This document shows positions 1 through 25,959 of a stretch of DNA of 64,000 bases, piece by piece; within the stretch, counting starts at the first letter, position 1, and the number at the start of each line of letters is the position of its first letter. The stretch lies in assembly GCF_009914755.1 (NCBI RefSeq), contig NC_060927.1; one strand, given 5' to 3'. The notes below the pieces were generated by a model that did no database searches, had not been told where the DNA came from, and worked only from the letters and a program-made list of their open reading frames with translations. A program made the position numbers and the translations under genes. This DNA comes from the human T2T-CHM13v2.0 reference genome, Homo sapiens.

Positions 1-100
1 ACACGTTTACCTATGTAACAAACCTGCACATCCTGCACATGTACCCCTGAACTTAAAATAAAAGTTGAAGATGAAATAGTAATTATTATTAAAAAAGAAA
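1..100 (+). mobile_element. L1 (L1PA/PB-type) 3' end
   Basis: cctatgtaacaaacctgcacatcctgcacatgtacccctgaacttaaaataaaag followed by an A-rich tail. Confidence 0.8.
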
Positions 101-135
101 AATTTTTTTAAGATGTGAGTTAAAAAGTTATAATG

Positions 136-1146
136 TGTGGGCGGCAAGCCACCCAGGTGCCGAGGCAAGAGACCAAGGACATGAGCTGTTCCAGTATAAT
201 AAAATATAAAACAAGAATAGTTATACTAGATATAGATCTTAGATATGATTATATATGAATATCATTAATCATTAGTTTGTAGCAATTACTCTTTATTCCA
301 ATATTATAATAATCCTCGCTCTATAATCATAACCTAGGAAAAACCAGGCCATACAGAGATAGGAGCTGAGGGGACACAGTGAGGAGTGACCAGAAGACAA
401 GAGTGCGAGCCTTCTGTTATGCCCAGACAGGACCACCAGAAGGGCTCCTTGGTCTAGCGGTAATACCAGCATCTGGGAAAACGCCCGTTGCCAGGCGGAC
501 CATGGTCTAGCGGTAGCGTAAGTGTCAAGGAAGAACACATGATGCTTAGCAGACCGGGAAAGGGAGTCTCCCTTTCCCTGGGGTAGTTTAGAGAAGCCTC
601 TACTCCTCCACTTCTTGTGGAGGGCCTGACATTAGTCAGGCTCGCCCGCAGTTATCCGGAGGCCTAACCATCTCTCTGTGATGCTGTGCTTCAGTGGTCA
701 TGCTCCTAATCCGCCTTCATGTTCCATCCTGTACACCTGGCTCTGCCTTCTAGATAGCAGTAGCAAAATTAGTGAAAGTACTAAAAGTCTCTGATATGCA
801 GAAATAATGGCGTAAGCTGTCTCTCTCTCTCCGTCTCTCTCTCTCTCTCTCTCTGCCTTGGCTGCCAGGCAGGGAAGGGCCCCCTGTCTGGTGGACACGT
901 GACCCACGTGGCTTTACCTACCATTGGAGATGACTTACACTCTTTACCCCCTTTTGTCTTGTATCCAATAAATAACAGCGCAGCCCGGCATTTGGGGCCA
1001 CTACCAGTCTCCGCGACTTGGTGGTAGTGGTTCCCTGGGCCCAGCTGTCTTTTCTTTTGTCTCTTTGTCTTGTGTCTTTACTTCTACACTCTCTCGTCTC
1101 CACACACGGGGTGAAACCCACCAACCCTGTGGGGCTGGTCCCTACA
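136..1146 (+). mobile_element. Solo ERVK-class LTR (LTR13-like)
   Basis: TG...CA termini, 1011 bp. Start TGTGGGCGGCAAGCCACCCAGGTGCCGAGGCAAGAG matches my recall of LTR13. AATAAA at 967-972. 6-bp TSD ATAATG/ATAAAG. Confidence 0.8.
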
Positions 1147-1160
1147 ATAAAGTAATTTTA

Positions 1161-1620
<460 letters not shown>

Positions 1621-1905
1621 TCAGACAAGAGCTGCACTATAGGAGGCCTGACTCGAGTGGGGCCAAGGCTACTCTAAAACAGAGACAGGAGGCAGACAGT
1701 CCTCTGTCCTGCCTGGGGCTGAGATGGGCCAGGGACAGGAAGGAGGGGGAAATTCAGGAAATTTTGTGAATACTCATCTTACAAACAAATTGCAAATAGA
1801 CAGCTTTGACACAATCTGAACACTGAATATAGGGCATTGAGTTATTTAAGGAATTATTTTTATTTTTGTTACGTATGAAAATGGCATGGTGGTATGTAAA
1901 AAACA

Positions 1906-2199
<294 letters not shown>

Positions 2200-2694
2200 G
2201 TCATACATTGGCAATGGGGGCTGAAGTGATTACTTGTGTCTGGGATTTGTTTTGAAGCACTTGAGCAGCAGAAAAATGTGGAAGAGGGAGAGACGAAGGA
2301 AGATTGGCTAATGTTGGTAACAGTGGAAGCTGGGTGATTTGCTATATTATTGTCTAACTGGGTATATATCAAAATTTCCTTAATAAAAGTTTCCAAGGAT
2401 GCAGTACCTCACTGGATCCATGTTCCATGGCATTAGAGAGGCAGTACTGTTTTCAGAAAAGTCTGGACTGTGTATTCCATATCTTTGTTTAAACCCAGAA
2501 TGAAAGCATTTAGTGACTGGACACCAGGACACTCCTTGCTATAAATGTTATGGAATCTCCGGTTGTGATTTCCTTTGGGCCTGGTGATTCCTTTCTAGAG
2601 TTGTCGGATCTACCAATATAGTTCACTTCTTTAGGAGGGTTCAACAGTCTCTGGCAATAAATAAGAGGGGGTTGTTGACCTTTATGACAAATAC

Positions 2695-2833
2695 AGGAAG
2701 GGAGGGAAGAAGTAAAGGGAGGGAGGGAAGGAGAGAGAGAGGGAGAGAGGAAGGAGGAAGGGAGAGAGGGAAGGAGGGAGAGAGGTAAGAGGGGAGGAAT
2801 GAATAAAAGAGGAGGGGAGAGGGAAGAAGGAAG
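2695..2833 (+). repeat. Polypurine (GGA/GA-rich) low-complexity tract
   Basis: About 140 nt of almost pure A/G; continues at 3267-3313 after the LTR insertion. Confidence 0.85.
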
Positions 2834-3266
2834 TGTTTCCAAAATACCAGGGGTTTGGTCTAGGTCCTGCTGCTTGCTGCACAGAAATCAATTACTGAGA
2901 CAAGTATTGCCAAGGAAGAAGCCTTTAATCAAGTGCTACAGCTGAGGAGATGGAAGCTCAGTCTCAAATCTATTTTCCTGACTGACTAAAACCAGCGGTT
3001 GGTATAGCAGGCAAGAAATGTAACAATGTGTAAGAAAACAGGAACTTGGGAGGGGCAAGGAGGCAATCATGGTGAATGAGGGGTCAGGCACCTAGTTCAG
3101 TCACCTGGTTTCAGTTCTTTGATACTTTTTGTGAGAGGCCTGAAGGTCCTTTCCTGAGGAAGGAACTCAGATAAAACAAATGTAAGTTTCAATCTTTAAC
3201 AGCAGAATGGTCAATTTCTATGTTTATCCAAAAACAACTGTCTATGGGATTCTTGGGCCCCTTTCA
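2834..3266 (-). mobile_element. ERV1-class solo LTR (family not assigned)
   Basis: TG...CA termini with 4-bp TSD GAAG/GAAG. Confidence 0.75.
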
Positions 3267-3630
3267 GAAGGAAGAAAAGGAGCAGGAGGAAGGAGAGAAG
3301 ATAAAGGAGAAGGCTCTTGAGATCATCTTGAGACCCAAGCCCTAAGTGTTTGGAATGGGCTCATCTCTGTTGGAAGGAGACAGTGCCTTCAGCCTTGGAA
3401 TTCTCCCAAGAACTCTGGGCAGTAACTCTTCTGAGTGGTTTGAGCTGAGCTCAAGCCCAGGCAGATGTCACAGGACCATTTGTCCCACCCACCCAATGAC
3501 AGGAGCCTGAGGATGTGCACATGCAAGCATGTGTGGCGGGACTCCTATCCACTTCTATACCTGGAGAAGGCAACTGCTCCTCAAGGCTTGGCTCATGAGT
3601 CCCCTCTCCCCCTTCCCTCTTCTGTGTCCC

Positions 3631-4068
3631 TGTATTAGTCAAGGTTCCAACAGAAACAGAACCAATAGACTTTATGTAGATGTACCGGAAGAGATTTATT
3701 GTGAGGGATTAGCTCCACAGTTATGAAGGCTGAGAAGTTCCATAATCCTCCATCTGCAAGCTGGGGGTCCAGGAAAGTCAGTAGTGTAAGTTCCAGTACC
3801 AGGAGCTCTGACATCAGAGGGCAAGGGAAGGTGGGTGTCCCAGCTCAAGCACAGGCAGCAAATTTGCCCTTCCTCCACCTTTTGGTTCTGTTAGACCCTC
3901 AGCACATTGAAAGATACTTACCTGCACTGGTGAGGGCAGATTTCTTTACTCAGTCTACTGCTTTAAATGCTGATCTCTTCTGGAAACAGACACACCAGAA
4001 ATAATGTTTTACCAGCAATCTGGGCAGCTCTTAGCCTAGTCAAGTTGACACATCAAATTAGCCATCAC
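3631..4068 (-). mobile_element. MLT2-type ERVL LTR
   Basis: tgtattagtc...agaaacagaaccaatag...agtcaagttgacacatcaaattagccatcac, the MLT2 hallmark ends. Confidence 0.8.
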
Positions 4069-5504
4069 CGTCTCCATGATTCTTCCCTCAGCCGTGGCAC
4101 ACATCGCACTGGGCGGTAATTGTTGGTCAGTTAATGTCTCCCCTACCGGGCATAACAGTAATAGAAATAACTAACAGCTACCATTCACAGCAGCTTGCCC
4201 TGTGCCAGCTTTTCTCCCAAGAGCTTTACCTCATGAGGTAGGTGCTATAATTTCTACTCTATAGAGATGAAAACTGAGGCTCAGAGAGATTGAGTCACTT
4301 GCCCAAAATCACACAGCAAGAGGGGACTGAAACGCAGCTCTGTCTTCCCACAAAGCAGTTGTTCTTAACCACATTTCTAACCAGCTTGCCTCTAGCTCCC
4401 CCTGTGCCTAGCGAATGGCTGGCTCCTTGGTAAATGCTTGAAGAAACACTCACCACTCTGACTCGACTTCCCTCCCAGTCTGGGGAGCCTGCCACCCTCC
4501 CCCAGCAACTTGCCTGCCTCATTCACTCCCAAAAGGTGCGATGGGATGAGAGTTCCACCTTGTTCACTTCAAGCTACAAACGTCTTTCTCCATCCCAAAG
4601 AGAAGTGGCTCAGTTTTATAAATAGCCCTAAGCTGGGAGCTGAGAGACCCCATTTTGAGCTCTGGCTCTGGCTGTGTGACCTTCACAAAATCACATAACC
4701 TCCATGAGTTTCGGTTTCTTTGTAGGGCAAATGGAGAAACCCCTTGTCCCTTGAGGGAAGGCATCTGACAGTGCTCAGCAAATGTTCTTTTCAGTTCTCC
4801 AGGAGGGGTTAAAGAATTCTTCCAGCATCCTGCTGAGGTGGGCTGGGGTGTCACACACACAGCACCAGGCCATGGACAGAAGCCTCTGCCGAGACCCAGG
4901 CAGAAGAAGTGGGGCCCAGAAGGAGCAGCCTGGTCCCCCCACAGGGCCAAGCAGATTGACTTCTGGAGCAAGGGGCTGCATCTGGGGGACTTCTCTGCAG
5001 GCAACACCTGAAGCCCTGACCATGGGCCAGTATAAATGAGGAGGATGGTTTGTTAGCCAAACCCACCTTCAGACACCTGCAGGATACCTATCAGCTGGAG
5101 GCTCTGGGAGTGAGCCAGCCCTGCCCCTCACTGTAGGGGTGGGAGATGATGGAAATGAATCTTTATTCCCAAATTCTACAAAACACTGTCACAGCCATAG
5201 CTTTCTTGTCTTCCTTGCTCCTCACCACTTCTCTCAGTTCAGTCCATTGCTCGAGCATCTACACTGTGCCAGGCACTGTACCAGGTGCTAGGTGGCAGGG
5301 AGGGTAAGTGCTATTGCATTTAACAACAAAGGGCGAAGTAGTGAGGCCAGAACTTGAATGCAGGGACTCTGCTCTTAAAACCCCACTTCTTCCTACTACT
5401 AACTCTCTTACAGCCAAAAGAGATTTCTCAGTCAGCTATGGAGACAGAAAAAACAGCAGGAAGGGAAATTGAAGGTGAGACAGAGGAGACATAGGAAAAG
5501 GGAG

Positions 5505-5862
5505 TGATATGGTTTAGGTCTGTGTCCCCACCCAAATCTCATCTTGAATTGTACTCCCATAATTCCCACATGTTATGGAGGGACCTGGTGGGAGATAATT
5601 GAATCATGAGGGCAGTTTCCCGCATACTGTTTTCCTGGTAGTGAATAAGTCTCACGAAATCTGATAGTAAGGGGAAAGCTGTTTCACTTGGCTCTCATTC
5701 TTTCTCTTGTCTGCCGCCATGTGAGACGTGCCTTTCACCTTCCACCATGATTATGAGGCCTCCCCAGCCACGTGGAACTGTAAGTCCAATAAAACTCTTT
5801 CTTTTGTAAATTGCCCAGCCTCAGGTATGTCTTTATCAGCAGTGTGAAAACAGACTAATACA
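5505..5862 (+). mobile_element. THE1-type MaLR solo LTR
   Basis: TGATATGGTTT...GACTAATACA, 358 bp, perfect 5-bp TSD GGGAG. Confidence 0.9.
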
Positions 5863-6730
5863 GGGAGTGAGAGGAGAAATCCACGAAGGCCTCCAGGAGG
5901 CTGTGACAGTTGGTTTTGAAGGTTGGTTGGGGGTTATTTGTTTTTTTTTTTTTTTAAATAACTTCTCCCACCCCCTGACAGAAGCAGCATCAATTCCTTA
6001 TAGCAACTTGAGTAAAATACTGGTAAACAAAGAAATCAAAACAAAAATCTCCTGGAATTCCCACCATCCAGAAATAACCACTGTTGATATACGTGTATAT
6101 ATCCTTCATCTTTTTTCTATCCATAAATACTTACTTTGTTACGAATGTGAGCTCAAGCTGTACAGGCTGCTTTATGAGGTTCTAATGCAGGTTTCCCCCA
6201 GAAAGATGGGAGGCTGATCCTTCTTGCAGTGTCTTCCTAAAAGAGAAGGAGGGAGCATCTGATGGAGGGGGTATGTAAAGGAACCACACATACTCAGACC
6301 ATTCACTTGGGTGGGGATTGCTTTCTGCCCTCAGACATCTGGTAGACTAGACATGTTCTCTAATCCAGGAGTGCTGAATTAGTGAGACTAGTGGGGCAGG
6401 TGTCTAAAACCACTTTCTCTAATCATCCTCCTCTCCATCTGTCTGCCTGTCTCTGTTTCTCAATTCATTCCACATTGTGAAAGGGAAAGGGGCTGTTGTT
6501 TATTAACACCCTAAATAGAAATCACCAAATAGTATGAAGAATTTGACATTTTAGCCAATGTTTTTCTTAACAACTTTTTAAATGGCGGCTTTATGTAGCT
6601 GCATCATAGTTTACTTGACCATTCCCTAGTGTGGATATCCAGGCTTTCTCCTCTGTCTTTTGAAATAAAATTAATCCTGTTAATCTGTGTGAAAGATGGA
6701 GTTAGAAGGGCTGTGGGGAGCAGCTAGGCT

Positions 6731-7320
6731 CAAGGCTTGGCAAACCCTTTGTGTAAGTGGCCAGAGATAAAGGGTTTTGAGTTTTGTAGGCCAAGCAGTG
6801 TCTGTGGCAGCGTGGTGGTTGTGGTGGTGGTGGTGGGGAAGCATTCTGGACACATAACATTGTTCCAGAAATGTAATTCTCTGCAAGTCCCGTTGCAGAA
6901 ACTGCCTGTTGTAACTTGATAACAGTTGTATCTATAACTACTGAACTAACTTGCCATAACTCTAGGACCAACTTTACCCACGACTGTTGCTCACCAACCA
7001 GAGCTTGCCAGCAGTTCCCCAGAACCTTACTGGTGCCAATGAACTTTCTCAAAGAGCAATACGTTTCTCCTTTAAAAAAAAAAAACTCCAACCTCCTCTC
7101 TGTTCTTTGGACATACCAAAGACCACCCAGGCTGTGTGTATGCCCCAGATTGCAGTTCTGTCTTCACAAATAAAACAGTTAATTTCAGATATTTGTTTCT
7201 GCATTTTTATTTTGACTTTGACAACATTAATAGCGAATTCTAAATGAATGGGTGTGGCTGTATTCCAAAAACAGGTGGCAGGCTAAGTTTGAGCTGTGGG
7301 TCACAGTTTGCCAAACTCTG
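6731..7320. mobile_element. MER58-like hAT MITE interrupted by an ERV1-type LTR (6861-7223)
   Basis: MER58-like ends (ggcttggcaaac...gtttgccaaactctg). Internal TG...CA element with AATAAA and 4-bp TSD ACAT. Confidence 0.6.
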
Positions 7321-7522
7321 AACTACAGCAAAGGTGGGAAAATGCAGGATGTGTTGGGGAACAGAACATGAGAAAGTACACAAATATACTCTGCAGTATG
7401 GTATGTAGGACAGGAAGCAAAGAGAGACCCATGGATGCCCCCTAAAGAACTAGGCAGTATTAACTCCTTGTGGCAGAAACTATCTGTTTCCCCTTTTCCA
7501 TAGTAATCGCGGGGCACATGGC

Positions 7523-7599
7523 TACATAGACTACATTTTCCAGTGCCTGAGTATACACTACATTTTCCAGTGCCTGAATATACACTACATTTTCCAGTG
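7523..7599 (+). repeat. 27-bp tandem repeat, about 2.8 copies
   Basis: ACTACATTTTCCAGTG at 7530, 7557 and 7584. Confidence 0.9.
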
Positions 7600-7777
7600 T
7601 GGCCAATGGGTTGTAAGTTAAAGTATCTAGTGGCAGCTTCTGAGAATGTTGCTTAAAACACATCTAGCATATGATCTTTGTCCCTTTTTCCTTTTCCTCA
7701 GTCCAACTAGCTGGAAGCCAGTATAGAAAGGTCACAGAATGCAAGGTTAATATATGAAAGTCAGTTGCATTCTTCCC

Positions 7778-11430
<3,653 letters not shown>

Positions 11431-11870
11431 ACATAGATGAATCTTAAATGCATATTATTAAGTAAAAGATGTCAGTCTGAAAAGGCTATATCCTATATGC
11501 TTCCAACTATATGACATTCTATAAAAGCCAAAATTATAGAGACAGTAAAAAGATCAGTTGTTGCCAGGGGCTCCAAAAGAAGGAGGGAGAGGTGACTAGG
11601 TAAAGCAGAGGGGATTTTTTTAGGATGACGAAGGTATATACAGCAACTATATATAATACTCTAACAGTGAATTCACAACTATGCATTTGTCAAAACCTAT
11701 AGAACTTTACAGCACAGAGGAATCTTAACATGTGCGAAGTTTCTAAAGTCATTTAGGAGGTCAGGGGATTTCAGGGTGGAAAGCAGAATGTGATGAAACA
11801 ATGCAACTGTATTATAAATGTATGCAACAACCTCACTGAATGCAGGGTGGGAGAAAAGTGCTGACCTAAG

Positions 11871-12371
11871 TAATGCAGGCAGACCCCAAAACTGGGGCTC
11901 AGCCTGGGAGGGTTCTTGGCTTCACTTAGGGAAGATTTCAAGAGGGAGCCAACAGTGAAGAAAGCAAGTTTATTAGAGCAACGTCGTACAGCAAAATGGC
12001 TGCTCCATAGACAGAACAGGGCTATCTTATAGGCAGAGTGGCCCAGAGTAGCACTCTTGGATTGCTGGCTAGCTCTATTTATACCCACACTCAATTATAT
12101 GCTAAATAAGGGGTGGGTTATTCACAAACTTTCTGGGAAAGGGGCGGGGAGTTCCCAGAATCATATAAGGTAACTGCTGGGTCGTTGCCATGGCAGCATT
12201 TGTAAACTGTCATGGCACTGGTGGGAGTGACATGCCAATGCAAATAAGCAGTGAGGGTAACTAGAGGTTGCTTTCGTGGACATCTTGGTACTGATTGGTT
12301 TGGGCTGGCTTCTTTGTAAATCCTGTTTAGATAAGGAGGGTTGTGAAAAGTCTTGTTGATCTCCTACCTCA
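11871..12371 (-). mobile_element. ERV1-class solo LTR inserted in L1M
   Basis: Ends in ...gatctcctacctCA; 4-bp TSD TAAG; minus-strand AATAAA. Confidence 0.65.
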
Positions 12372-12928
12372 TAAGTAACTTTGGAAATGAATGGAATCTG
12401 CAAAACTAAAGGCAAAAGAAGATACACACAAGCACTATCCTCTAGTCTGTGAAGTTGTTTCCCATGGGGTACAGGTTAACCATTGTGATATCACTATACA
12501 TATATACTGGAATTGAAGAATTGGGTAAATGAGTGGCTAGGATTCTCATTGTTGGAGTAGGAGTTATAGTGAAACAAGGGGAGGAAGCTAGAATTATCCA
12601 TTGGATAATGGATTCAAGTTGGACAAATCAGTATAAATTTGTGTTTAGCTTAATAGAGATACAAATGGTTACACATAGAAATATATATAGATATGTGGGT
12701 ATGCATGGATCAGTATACATACACCTATCTCCTTGTCTATCAGCTGAGAGGGTCTACAAGCAATGACACCCCAGTAGGAACAATTATATCTAGCAGCCAA
12801 AACTTGATTTCTAATACTATTCTCCAGTAAAAGGAACCAGGGATACTTGGAGAAATGGCTGATCTTCAGGAAATACGCAAGATGAGCCTGAAGCATCTTC
12901 TAATGCCAGTAAATAAGGAAGTGCTCAA

Positions 12929-12935
12929 ACACACA

Positions 12936-12976
<41 letters not shown>
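12929..12976 (+). repeat. (CA)n microsatellite
   Basis: About 23 units with one interruption. Confidence 0.95.
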
Positions 12977-12978
<2 letters not shown>

Positions 12979-13585
12979 TCAGGGTATGTCAAAGGAACAC
13001 AGGAACCAACTGAAAGAGTTCCCAATGGCCAAAGCTGGAACAATTTGAGAAAAAAAAAAAAGTAAAGTAGTATTGGATTAGAACTCAAAGTATAAAATAT
13101 CCATAAGTCCATACTTATACAAATAGATGATTAAATAAATAAATAAATGCGGGAGAAAAATGAGTATCTAGTGCAGAACAATTTCAAATAATTTATGTAG
13201 ATAATCCTCCCTTAAGGAAGTGGTACGTAACACCCCACTCCTTAAATGTGGGCTGCACGTTGTGACTTTCTTTTGAAAAGTAGAGCATGGAAAGGGAGGT
13301 GGGGGAAAGGAATAATTTTATAGTGAAGAAACCTGACAAACACTACCTCAAGCTACGTGGTGAAGATTAACATCAACAGTGATAATTCATGCTGATAGTA
13401 TGTACCCCAGATATGTGATGAGAATGACGCTTTACCTCTGTGGTCTTCCTTGCAGAAGCTCATTACCCCAGTCTAACTATAATAAAAACATCAGACAAAT
13501 CCGAGCTGAAGGTCATTCTATAAAATACTTGAACAGTGCTCAAAACTGTCAGCATCATCAAGAACAGGGAGAGTATGAGAAACTG

Positions 13586-13964
13586 TGATACGGTTTGGTT
13601 TTGTGTCCCCACCCAAATCTCATCTTAAATTGTAATTCCCATAATCCTCATGTGTCAAGGGTAGGATCAGATGGAGGTAATTGGATCATGGGGGTGGTTT
13701 CCCTCATGCTATTCTCGTGATAGTGAGTGAGTTCTCACGAGATCTGATGGTTTTATAAGTGTCTGGCATTTCCACTGCTTGCACTCACTCCATCCTGCCA
13801 CCCTGTGAAGAAGGTGCCTGCTTCTCTTTTGCCTTCTACCATGATTGTAAGTTTCCTGAGGCCTCCCCAGCAATGCAGAACTGTGAGTCAACTAAACCTG
13901 TTTCCTTTATAAATTATTCAGTCTCGGGTATTTCTTCTTAACAGTGTGAGAATAGTCTAATACA
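13586..13964 (+). mobile_element. THE1D/MST-type MaLR solo LTR
   Basis: TGATACGGTTTGG...CTAATACA, 379 bp, TSD AACTG. Confidence 0.88.
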
Positions 13965-14042
13965 AACTGTCATAACCAAGACGAACCTAAGGAGACATGA
14001 CAACTAAAGGTGGTATCCTGGAACCAAAAAAGGACATTAGGT

Positions 14043-16242
<2,200 letters not shown>

Positions 16243-16836
16243 ATAGTTACAAATAAGGAAAGATAGGAAAGATAGAAGGATAGAATGAACCTTTGGTGTT
16301 GGGTTGAAATCAGAGATATCAGTATGAACTTGTGGGGTTTTTTTTATAGATAGAGATGTATGTGTGTGAGAGTTAGTATACACATACATATTTCATAGCT
16401 TTGTCCTCTGAGAGGGCCTAGAAGAAATGACATCTCAGTAGCAATGAGCAAAGCCAGAACCCAGATCTTGGTTTCTAAGTGCCACTTTCCAATAAAAGGA
16501 ACCAGTGTTCCTTAGAAAAGTGGATGGTGATTATAGGGTTGGAACAGGGAAAATATAAGATAAGCCTAGAACATCTTTTGTTATTAAGAAAAAAAGAAAA
16601 GAAAAGAAAAGAAAAGAAAGAAAGAAAATGCTCCAAAAAGAACGGGAGCTTGTCAAAGGAACATAGAAGCCAACTTGAAGGAGCTCTCAATGGGCAAACC
16701 AAGAGCAATTTGAGCAACAAAATAAATCGTATGTTATTGGATTGTAACCCAAAGTACAGAATGAATATACAGGAGACCATATGTTTATTTATTGATTTTT
16801 AATTTATTATTATTATTATTATTATTATTAGTATAC

Positions 16837-18222
16837 CTCTGAACTTTTTATTGGCCTCCTGCTCCCCAAAGGGTACCCTGCTTCTGCTGGCTTAATGTCT
16901 CAGAACTTTGGTGTCATCGGTCTCAGACACCACTTTGCCATCCACTATCCGGCGGGTGGTGGTTTTTGGATGGTTTGCATGGAGTTGCTGCTGTCCAGGG
17001 CATCACCAAGATTGAAGTCCTCGCCATCTTCCGGCAGGCGGCTGTAGGTGGCAATCTCAGCCTCCAGCTTGACATTGATGTTCAGCAGGGTCTCGTACTC
17101 CTGGGCCTGGCTGTCCCTCTGCCCAAGTCAGTGCCAGCTCCAGGTGCAGCAGGATCCCGCTGAGCTGCTCTATCTGCAGGGTGTAGCGGGCCTCCACCTC
17201 CCTCAGGCTGTTCTCCAAGCTGGGCTTCAGATTTCTCACGGAGTCCAGCTTGATCTCCAAGGACTGGACTGTACATCTCAGCTCTGTGAGCATCATCTCA
17301 GCAGCTCCAACCTCCACAGACTGCGTGGTGACCACTGTGGTGCTCTCCTCAATCTGCTGAGACCAGTACTTGTCCAGCTCCTCTTGGTTCTTCTGAGCCA
17401 GCTTGTCATATTGGGCTTGGATATCTGCCATGATCTTGGTGAGGTCCTGAGATTTGGGGGCATCTACCTCCACGGTCAACCCAGAGCTGGCAATCTGGGC
17501 TTGTAGGCCTTTTACTTCCTCTTCGTGGTTCTTCTTCGTGAAGAGCAGCTCCTCCTTGAGAGCCTCAATCTCTGTCTCTCGCTGCAGCTGAGTGACATTG
17601 GTGTCATCAATGACCTTGCAGAGCCCATGGTGTCGTTCTCCACAGACTGGCGCATGGCCAGCTCTGTCTCATACTTGACTCTAAAGTCATCAGCAGCAAG
17701 ATGGGCATTGTTGATCTGCAGAACGATGCGGGCGTTGTCCACAGTATTTGTGAAGATCTGAGCCCTCAGGTCCTCGATGGTCTTGAAGCAATGGCTCCAG
17801 TCTCTGACCTGGGGTCCCTTCTTCTCCAGGTGCTCCCAGATTTTGCTCTCCAGCCTCCAGTTCTCTGTCTCCAGGCTCCTCACTCTGTCCAGGTAGGAGG
17901 CCAGGTGGTTGTTCAGGCTTTGCACGGTCTCCTTCTTGTTCTGGATGCCTCCCATTCCTGCCAGACCCCCAGCCATCCCCGAGGCCAGGCCCCTGGACCC
18001 CATGCCACCCCGGAAGCTGGTGGAGCGGGACACGGAGATCCGGGAACCAGAGCCCCCAGCGACTGCAGAGACGCTGACCATGCTGCTGACCAGCTGGGCG
18101 CCATAGCTGGCACCTGGACAGAGCCCAGGGACCAGTAGTTGGTGGAGAAGGTGGAGCGACTGGTGAAGCTCACGCTGTCCGGGGAGGAGGGCGAGAAGAC
18201 AGGACTCAGCTTTGCCGACAAC
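16837..18222 (-). pseudogene. KRT18P: Processed keratin-18 (KRT18) pseudogene
   Basis: Intronless copy with 5' UTR. Start codon mutated to GTG (18171-18173). Frameshifted keratin rod split across ORFs 17512..18081 (SLNNHLASYLDRVRSLETEN) and 17057..17479 (TVEVDAPKSQDLTKIMADI). Stop at 16892-16894, AATAAA at 16847-16852, decayed A-tail as (TAA)n. Confidence 0.95.
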
Positions 18223-18223
18223 C

Positions 18224-25317
<7,094 letters not shown>

Positions 25318-25959
25318 TGAATAAAGATTTCTTTTATCCTTATCTTATGAGTGAGAAAAACATAGCCCAGAGAGGTTGTTTCATTATCCCAAGGTCACAC
25401 AGCCAGGAAGGAGCCTAGCAGAGATTTGAAGCCAGGCTTGTCTGGCTCTGAAGCACACACTACTCCCTTTCCCATCCAGCAGCCTCCTGGCTGTTTATGG
25501 AAGGATTGCTGCGCAGGATATTAAGGGATCTGCAGTCAATCCTGACTCCATCCCAGATTCATTGGCTGTGTGACCCTCAGCAAATCCCTTTGCTTCTCGG
25601 CCTCAGTTGCATTGCTAAAAAAATGAAGAAACTGACCCTGCCGTCCTGAGGGTTGGGGATGCGAGGCAGGGGGCCTTGTGTGACTCAGTTCATTCCCCAG
25701 ATCCTGTCTGGCTCAGGGGCGGGCAAGCATCGTGGGTGAGGGGTCTTTTGGTTGGCCTGACCAGCTTTGGTTGATAGCTCCTGTTTCTTGAATGCCTACA
25801 GATGAGAAAGCGGAGGTAAAGTAACTTGGCCAAGGCTACACAGCAGAAGAGGCAGAAGTGGGATTCGAACCTGAGACTCTATGATATTACGTCCATGCCG
25901 CAAGACAGAGCTGGCACCTACGGGAATAACAAGGAGGTGGTGGCAGGGTAGTGAGCTCC

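Noticed and set aside
17057-18081. Keratin ORFs as a functional gene
   Set aside because: Intronless, start codon lost, frameshifted, poly(A) remnant present: a processed pseudogene.
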